Assembly: GCA_041650835.1 (NCBI GenBank)
Contig: JBAZKL010000003.1
Coordinates: forward strand, 99,682 to 163,681
Source of the DNA: Candidatus Omnitrophota bacterium
GTDB taxonomy: Bacteria; Omnitrophota; Gorgyraeia; Gygaellales; Profunditerraquicolaceae
DNA: 64,000 nt
Reading direction: 5' to 3'
Below the pieces are notes generated by a model. The model did no database searches. It was not told the DNA's origin and saw only the letters and a program-made list of their open reading frames with translations. The translations under genes and the position numbers were made by a program. This document shows, piece by piece, positions 58,525-64,000 of this stretch (positions are counted from its first letter, which is position 1; each line of letters starts with the position of its first letter).

Positions 58525-60263
58525 TTTCCACCCACACTGGCGGTAACCGTGAATTTCCTCACCTTTACCGACGTCAATACGATATCACCGGATGAGCCGG
58601 CCATTTGCGCGGTAAATCTTTCCAGTTTTAACGGCGTAATACTCACATCCCTGAAATACTTCGTACTTTCCAGCTTATGCCGGAATGCCTCCACGATCTC
58701 AAGCGCCTGTTCATAGTCGCTTGAAACTTCGGCCTTTATCGTAACAATACCCGCTTCAAGCGTCAATTTCGTTAAAACTATTTCTTCAGGGACCGCTTTC
58801 GGCAACTCCTGTAACGCTGCGCGTAAAGCATCTTTGCCTGCTGCCAACAGTTTAACCGCAGCGTCTTTCTTCCCGACAAACTGCTCTTTAGCCTGAAGTT
58901 CACTCAATCGTTTGCCCAGCTTTTTAAATCTTTTCAATTCGAATTCCTTGCTTTTGATATCCTTACGGATAAGCGCGTTATCGAGGGTAACTTTAAGCGC
59001 GGCTAAACTAAAAAGAGAAATAACGACAAAACTAAGGACCAGCAGGATCAAACGCCGCCGGGCGACAATTTCTTTTTTCTTGATCTCAAGCGGCAGGAAA
59101 TTAATAACCGTTTCCTCCGCCGCTTTCGTCTTGATGCTTCCTAACGCGAGGCTGGCGGCATTCACAAAAATGGGGGAATTAACCACCTCATTCTCATTTG
59201 TTTTTTCTTTGACTATCTGGACATCGGCAAAAGGCATGATCAGATGACACTTACCGCCTACCTGAGGGGCGATTGAAGCAAGAAAATGTTTGATCTGGCT
59301 GACGCCGCCAAGAAAATAGATCTGATCAACTCGCTTACCTTCCGATTGCTCCTTATAAAAAACCAGCGACCTGCGTAACTCATGCATGATACGCTCCAGA
59401 TGCGGCTGCCACAACATCCGAAGCTCCAAAGCATTGACCCGGGGGCCGTCAGCGCTTAATTCCTGGCCTTCCTCATATTTCTGACGCATGATCTCTTCAG
59501 CGATCGCGACCTTATCTTTCAGGTCAAAGGGGATTTGAGGAATACCCTGCTCCTGGATCGCTCTCTCCGCGACTTCGCGGGCAACACCCAATTGCCGCGC
59601 GACATCCACGATAATATCATTAAATCCGAAGATAACGTTACGCAGGAACACTAATTTAGAATTACGCACCACACTGATATTGATAGACGTGGCGCCGATA
59701 TCCATACAAATAACGGATTCATCTTTTTCTTTAGCTTCCTTGGGAAGCAGGTTTGATAAAACGCATCCTGCAGGAGTAATTGAGACCGGGGCAATATCAA
59801 AGGAGGCAAAAACATCAATGATCTTCTGAATGTATACTTTTTCAGTCCTGACAACCAAAACTTCCGACTTCTTGGACTTGGCGACGATCTGTTCACCAAG
59901 CATCAAGCATTCAAAAACATGATGGATGCCGCTGACCGGGATCATCTTATGCTTGGCTTCATTGACCGCCGCAAAGAGTAATTCTTTTTTATTTATGACC
60001 GGAAGGAATATCGAAGTAGCGGTGATCGACGGCGGAGGCAGGTTAACGCTGATACGGGCAACGCGCAGGTTTTTCTCAGGGATAAACTTGGTTATTTCCT
60101 GCAGGAAACTATCGCCCTTGATATACAAAAGCCCGTTGGGAAGCGCCTCAGTAGGCGTAGGGAACAAAAAGGCATTCAACAAAACCGGTTTACCTTTAAG
60201 CTCTAACTCGACAACCTTGGTAAACCGCGAACCGATATCGATCCCTATTAACATATTAGGCAT
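58521..60263 (-). CDS. Fused PilM (actin-like ATPase) and PilN (TM plus coiled coil) protein
   Basis: 580 aa. The N-terminal ~370 aa are PilM-like (MLIGIDIGSRFTKVVEL...ICMDIGATSINISVV). A TM helix (LILLVLSFVVISLFSLAAL) then leads into a C-terminal PilN-like periplasmic region. Confidence 0.7.
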   Translation of the reverse strand: MPNMLIGIDIGSRFTKVVELELKGKPVLLNAFLFPTPTEALPNGLLYIKGDSFLQEITKFIPEKNLRVARISVNLPPPSITATSIFLPVINKKELLFAAVNEAKHKMIPVSGIHHVFECLMLGEQIVAKSKKSEVLVVRTEKVYIQKIIDVFASFDIAPVSITPAGCVLSNLLPKEAKEKDESVICMDIGATSINISVVRNSKLVFLRNVIFGFNDIIVDVARQLGVAREVAERAIQEQGIPQIPFDLKDKVAIAEEIMRQKYEEGQELSADGPRVNALELRMLWQPHLERIMHELRRSLVFYKEQSEGKRVDQIYFLGGVSQIKHFLASIAPQVGGKCHLIMPFADVQIVKEKTNENEVVNSPIFVNAASLALGSIKTKAAEETVINFLPLEIKKKEIVARRRLILLVLSFVVISLFSLAALKVTLDNALIRKDIKSKEFELKRFKKLGKRLSELQAKEQFVGKKDAAVKLLAAGKDALRAALQELPKAVPEEIVLTKLTLEAGIVTIKAEVSSDYEQALEIVEAFRHKLESTKYFRDVSITPLKLERFTAQMAGSSGDIVLTSVKVRKFTVTASVGGK

Positions 60264-60266
60264 ACT

Positions 60267-61487
60267 TTAACCGCCGACTTTGGAAACTACTGACGTAAGA
60301 GGCAAGAACACTGAAAGCGCGATCCCGCCGACAACAACGCCCATGGTAACGATCATAAGGGGTTCAAACATGGCAAACAAGCCCCTGACCGCCGCCGGGA
60401 CTTCTTTATCATAATACTGATTGACCTTTTCCAGTGTGTCGCTTAACGTACCTGTCTGTTCACCGACACCGATCATGCGCACGACCAGATAAGGGAACTT
60501 TCCTGACATTTGCAATGCTGTAGAGATTTTTTCTCCCACATTGACATAGTCGCGGGCTTTAACGATCAAAGTCTCAAAATATTTATTCCCGGTTACTTCC
60601 GAAGCGATACCTAACGCCGCGAAAACATTGACACCGGAACGTAATCCCAAAGCAAAGGTGTGGCAAAACCGGGACAAGGCTATTTTTTCCATCAGGACAC
60701 CGACAACCGGTATCCGCAGCTTCCATTTCGCGATCAAGTATTGGCCTTTTTCCTGAGAATTAACTACTTTATACCCGATAACCCCCCCGATAATTATAAG
60801 CAGCCCGGCCCACCAATACCCCGCCGCTAAATCGCTGACCGCTAAGACGATCTGCGTTGGTAAGGGTAAGGCGACTCCCAGGTCATCGAACATCGGTTTA
60901 AACTTAGGGATAACCACAATAACGAGAACAAGGACCACCAGGATCATGGTAGTAAAGAGTATGATCGGATAAATAGAAGCTTCCTTCACCTTCGACTTTA
61001 ACTCCTCCTGCCACTCCAGAAGCTTCGCTAAATCCCCCAACACAAAAGGAAGCTTACCCGTGCTTTCTCCGGCGCCGATGATCGAAGTATATAATTTAGG
61101 GAATGACTTCGGATAATCGGATAACGCGTCTTTTAACGACCTGCCGGATTCCACATTATTAGCGATACTCTCCACCACCGCTTTTACTTTCTTTGTCGGG
61201 GCGGCTCCCGCTAAATCACGCAAAGCCGCCAGTAACGTAATACCGGCATCCAAAGAAATAGCCAGCTGTGTGGTAAAATTAAGCAATTCCGAAGCATTAA
61301 GCGTATTGATATGATGGGCTCTTTTAGAGCCTGCCTTCGATCCTTGCGATGAAGAAACCCGCGAAAAGGTAAGATAATAGCCGGATTTGCTGAGCTGGCC
61401 GGATAACTCTATTTCATTCTCGGCAGAAAGGGTCCCCTGGATCAATTTCCCGGCAGCATCCCTGGCTTTATAGGTATATGTTTGCAT
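60267..61487 (-). CDS. Type II secretion system F-family inner-membrane platform protein (PilC/GspF)
   Basis: 406 aa. It has duplicated T2SSF domains and three TM segments. Confidence 0.85.
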   Translation of the reverse strand: MQTYTYKARDAAGKLIQGTLSAENEIELSGQLSKSGYYLTFSRVSSSQGSKAGSKRAHHINTLNASELLNFTTQLAISLDAGITLLAALRDLAGAAPTKKVKAVVESIANNVESGRSLKDALSDYPKSFPKLYTSIIGAGESTGKLPFVLGDLAKLLEWQEELKSKVKEASIYPIILFTTMILVVLVLVIVVIPKFKPMFDDLGVALPLPTQIVLAVSDLAAGYWWAGLLIIIGGVIGYKVVNSQEKGQYLIAKWKLRIPVVGVLMEKIALSRFCHTFALGLRSGVNVFAALGIASEVTGNKYFETLIVKARDYVNVGEKISTALQMSGKFPYLVVRMIGVGEQTGTLSDTLEKVNQYYDKEVPAAVRGLFAMFEPLMIVTMGVVVGGIALSVFLPLTSVVSKVGG

Positions 61488-61489
61488 AC

Positions 61490-61912
61490 TTAGTTTTCAA
61501 CCCAAGATAAATTAACTTGAGAATAAGAATTCGGAACGCCTATATCCACCCTTAAGCGGACACTAATAGTCTTGTTAATATCCCCGATCTGGCCATGTCC
61601 TGTTACCGTTACTTCGCGGTATACCGCCGGGCTGGTATCGTCCCGATTGGCAAGCTCAACCCAATAAAAACCATCTCCTAAGGAAACTTTACTTGCCTCA
61701 AGGATCCCCGTCCAGTTCCAATTATTCTTCAACTCATACTTTGCCCGTTCAACACCTGCTTGCGCTAAATAAAAAGCAGTGATCCCCTTCTTTTGCAGCG
61801 CTCCCACCTTAACCTTGGCTTCCCATATCGTTGATAAAGCGCCGACCAGGAAACTGACTACTGCCAGAAGGAAGAAAACAAATAGTAACACCTGGCCCTT
61901 ATTCCTGCGCAT
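61490..61912 (-). CDS. Minor pilin-like protein (PilX/GspK-like?)
   Basis: 140 aa. It has an N-terminal hydrophobic helix (GQVLLFVFFLLAVVSFLVGALS) but no canonical G-F-T/S-L-x-E cleavage motif. Confidence 0.35.
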   Translation of the reverse strand: MRRNKGQVLLFVFFLLAVVSFLVGALSTIWEAKVKVGALQKKGITAFYLAQAGVERAKYELKNNWNWTGILEASKVSLGDGFYWVELANRDDTSPAVYREVTVTGHGQIGDINKTISVRLRVDIGVPNSYSQVNLSWVEN

Positions 61913-62574
61913 TAATCATTCCTCGCTTTTATGGAAGTTTCCAGTGTGAAATCATAATTATCCGGGCCTGCCGGTTGAGCAGGGAACGGACGGGTAGTCA
62001 ACATAATTCGAAGATAGCCGTTTGTCGCGTTGAAGAAGGGATCGTGCGCGTCACAGGGAGGAGCAGCATAGGCATGAGGCACGGAGAATATATTCCACAA
62101 TGACGCATGACAATTAAGATCGCTATCGCATTGCAAATCGGGATTATCGACAATATTCCCCGCTAAGACCTGTTGAGCGGACCATCCGCCGCTCGAAGGC
62201 TTCCAACGGCGCGTAATAGTATAATTAGCTTCATCTCTTTCGTATTGCACCCTGATCGGATCTACGCCGTCACCATCAGGATCAATCAGAAAATCCAATT
62301 TCTTAAAATGCCCGTAAGCGCATCCGACGCCGTTATTATTGCCATTACCCGGGTCATCAAGATCACTTACAGAAGCCATTCGGATCTCTCGGGACATATA
62401 TTCCAAAGCCCAGCGCAAATTCTCCTGGCATTCAATATAGCGGGTTTGTTTTCTCCAGTCACGGGAGACCTTATAAAATATGCTGGACGCGGCGGTCATG
62501 GCAAAACCGAACACTACCAGTCCGATCAAGATCTCTATTAAACTAAACCCTTCTTTCTTTTGCGCCATAGCCAC
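61912..62574 (-). CDS. Prepilin-type pseudopilin (PilW/GspJ-like)
   Basis: 220 aa with the N-terminal motif KEGFSLIEILIGLVVFGFAM. Confidence 0.7.
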   Translation of the reverse strand: MAMAQKKEGFSLIEILIGLVVFGFAMTAASSIFYKVSRDWRKQTRYIECQENLRWALEYMSREIRMASVSDLDDPGNGNNNGVGCAYGHFKKLDFLIDPDGDGVDPIRVQYERDEANYTITRRWKPSSGGWSAQQVLAGNIVDNPDLQCDSDLNCHASLWNIFSVPHAYAAPPCDAHDPFFNATNGYLRIMLTTRPFPAQPAGPDNYDFTLETSIKARND

Positions 62575-62578
62575 ACCT

Positions 62579-62971
62579 CTAATAATTTGCTAAAAGCTTC
62601 ACTAAGGTAACAGAACGTTCCGCATCCAGCTTCTCGCCTGCCCAGGACATAGTCACGCTAATTTGTTTAAGGTCGCCGCCAAAAAGGATCGTGACCGACA
62701 CCGTGCGAAAGAACGGCATGTTAGTCAACGCATGTTTTGCTTCAGACACAGCAGTTGTGTAATCCGATAACTCTTCCATCCGCTGCTGCGCAAGCAATAG
62801 TGCCCGCGTTAACATAGCACTTTTGCGCACATAGCGATACCCCTGGGTAAACATCGACAGCATAGAAACAAGCATAATACCGAGGATAGCAATAGAAATA
62901 GAAACTTCGATCAGGCTCAACCCCTTACCAGATGTTTTTTTCTGAAAGATCCCCGTCGTCATGACGAACAC
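62579..62971 (-). CDS. Prepilin-type pseudopilin (PilV/GspI-like)
   Basis: 130 aa with the N-terminal motif GKGLSLIEVSISIAILGIML. Confidence 0.7.
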   Translation of the reverse strand: MFVMTTGIFQKKTSGKGLSLIEVSISIAILGIMLVSMLSMFTQGYRYVRKSAMLTRALLLAQQRMEELSDYTTAVSEAKHALTNMPFFRTVSVTILFGGDLKQISVTMSWAGEKLDAERSVTLVKLLANY

Positions 62972-62977
62972 TCCAGG

Positions 62978-63445
62978 CTATTGCACCTCTAAAAAACCCG
63001 TCTCGGCAATTATTTTTATCAACTTGGTGTTCCCGGCCCGGGTCAACGTAATATCCGTATCCGCAGAAACCGCGCCTGCCGCGTCAACACTTTTCCCAAA
63101 AGGATTGCTAAAACGTATTGTTGCATCGGGAGTCACTGAAACAGAAGTATTTAACTTCTTATATATCTCCTGCTCTTGAGCGCTCAACGCGTCATCATCA
63201 TTTTTATCTTCACCGATCTTATAAGACCGGTCCGAAGTGTCGATAATGAATAAATAATTATGCTGATGGAGCGTTGCCGATGCTTTTGCCCAAGCCAGGT
63301 CGACATAAACACTGCGCGCAGAAGATTCAAGAGCGCGTTTATCAAGCAATGAGAACGCGACCAATGTTACCGCCGCCAGGCCGGCAGCGATCGCGATCGC
63401 AATAATCAGTTCCATTAACGTCGTAGCTTTTTTCCCCATAATCAC
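62978..63445 (-). CDS. Prepilin-type pseudopilin (FimT/GspH-like)
   Basis: 155 aa with the N-terminal motif KKATTLMELIIAIAIAAGLAAVT. Confidence 0.7.
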   Translation of the reverse strand: MIMGKKATTLMELIIAIAIAAGLAAVTLVAFSLLDKRALESSARSVYVDLAWAKASATLHQHNYLFIIDTSDRSYKIGEDKNDDDALSAQEQEIYKKLNTSVSVTPDATIRFSNPFGKSVDAAGAVSADTDITLTRAGNTKLIKIIAETGFLEVQ

Positions 63446-63495
63446 GATAAATTATATACTAAACGAAGATTACCGGCAATATGTTTATCTTATTT

Positions 63496-63933
63496 TTAAT
63501 ACCCTTCAAAAACAACTATACATACCGACGTCCCATACAAGGGATGATCCGGCATCTCCTGCAAAAGCCCCATATTAAGGCCGTTGCCGCCATCTAATAT
63601 CCTGTCCAATTTATCACGGGAAGAGCTCGGGATCTTAGGATTAGTATCATACGGCCCGGGATGCACCGCCAGGTCGAACCAAACCACATGTTCATTAGGG
63701 ATCCCGTTCAACGTAGCGTCAAAATTATTGCAGTCCCACATATACGGCCAACCCCAGGGGCTCACAGACCATTTATCCAGATACGGCCCCTGCCAGAAGG
63801 CGATCGCGTTATTGCCGATCGCCTGGCGATCGGCTGATCCGCTATGCACGACCGGAGGGACGCAAAAACCCTCTCCATAATCTGCCCTGGAATAGGGGTC
63901 ATCTTCAAACCCCGTGGCAGGGTTCGCGGGCAT
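63496..63933 (-). CDS. Hypothetical protein (possibly pilus-associated)
   Basis: 145 aa, rich in W/P/G, with no recognisable motif. It lies at the upstream end of the pseudopilin operon. Confidence 0.3.
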   Translation of the reverse strand: MPANPATGFEDDPYSRADYGEGFCVPPVVHSGSADRQAIGNNAIAFWQGPYLDKWSVSPWGWPYMWDCNNFDATLNGIPNEHVVWFDLAVHPGPYDTNPKIPSSSRDKLDRILDGGNGLNMGLLQEMPDHPLYGTSVCIVVFEGY

Positions 63934-64000
63934 AACACCCCATTGACTGCCAGGCCAAAGCCCGAGGTCATTATAAAATCCTATGGAAGCGGTTTTAATA

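Overview
This 64 kb window looks like chromosomal DNA from an uncultivated, probably anaerobic bacterium. It encodes an Rnf complex and type IV pilus/T2SS-like machinery; no flagellar genes are visible. Gene density is high and most genes overlap by 4 bp (ATGA) in long operons.

Left to right:
- N-terminus of a membrane-anchored coiled-coil protein running off the window start, then a ROK-family regulator.
- tRNA-Thr(CGU) with a near-consensus sigma70 promoter, then an MFS transporter.
- An rnf operon in the unusual order rnfC-G-D-E-A-B, followed by purN.
- Minus strand: a lipoprotein and ftsH.
- Plus strand: eno, ftsB, and an initiator-like tRNA-Met with a terminator.
- A long minus-strand glycan-utilisation operon: sugar ABC binding protein, two permeases, two paralogous clan GH-A glycoside hydrolases, a secreted protein built from a tandem-duplicated domain, a TPR protein and a GT39-like membrane glycosyltransferase.
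- A c-di-GMP-flavoured sensory module: a CheC-like protein, a receiver fused to a degenerate GGDEF domain (GGDDF), a PilZ protein, an MCP and two orphan periplasmic binding proteins.
- An outer-membrane beta-barrel protein.
- A 900 bp ORF-free region containing a repeat element that recurs at 50.6 kb.
- A 12 kb chemosensory operon: MCP, CheW, CheC, CheB, CheD, CheY, CheR, a ComFB-like protein, an FtsA/actin-like ATPase fused to beta-grasp-like repeats, CheC, CheA, CheC and CheY.
- A glycosylation cluster: two SAM methyltransferases, GT4, a UDP-GlcNAc 2-epimerase-like gene, GT-C and GT2 glycosyltransferases, a second degenerate receiver-GGDEF-like protein, and a TMTC-like membrane-TPR protein.
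- A pilin gene followed by pilO, a pilM-pilN fusion, pilC/gspF and four pseudopilins.

The most novel-looking content is the chemosensory operon with its embedded ComFB-like protein and actin-like ATPase/beta-grasp fusion, the degenerate GGDEF/PilZ signalling genes, and two families of intergenic repeats.
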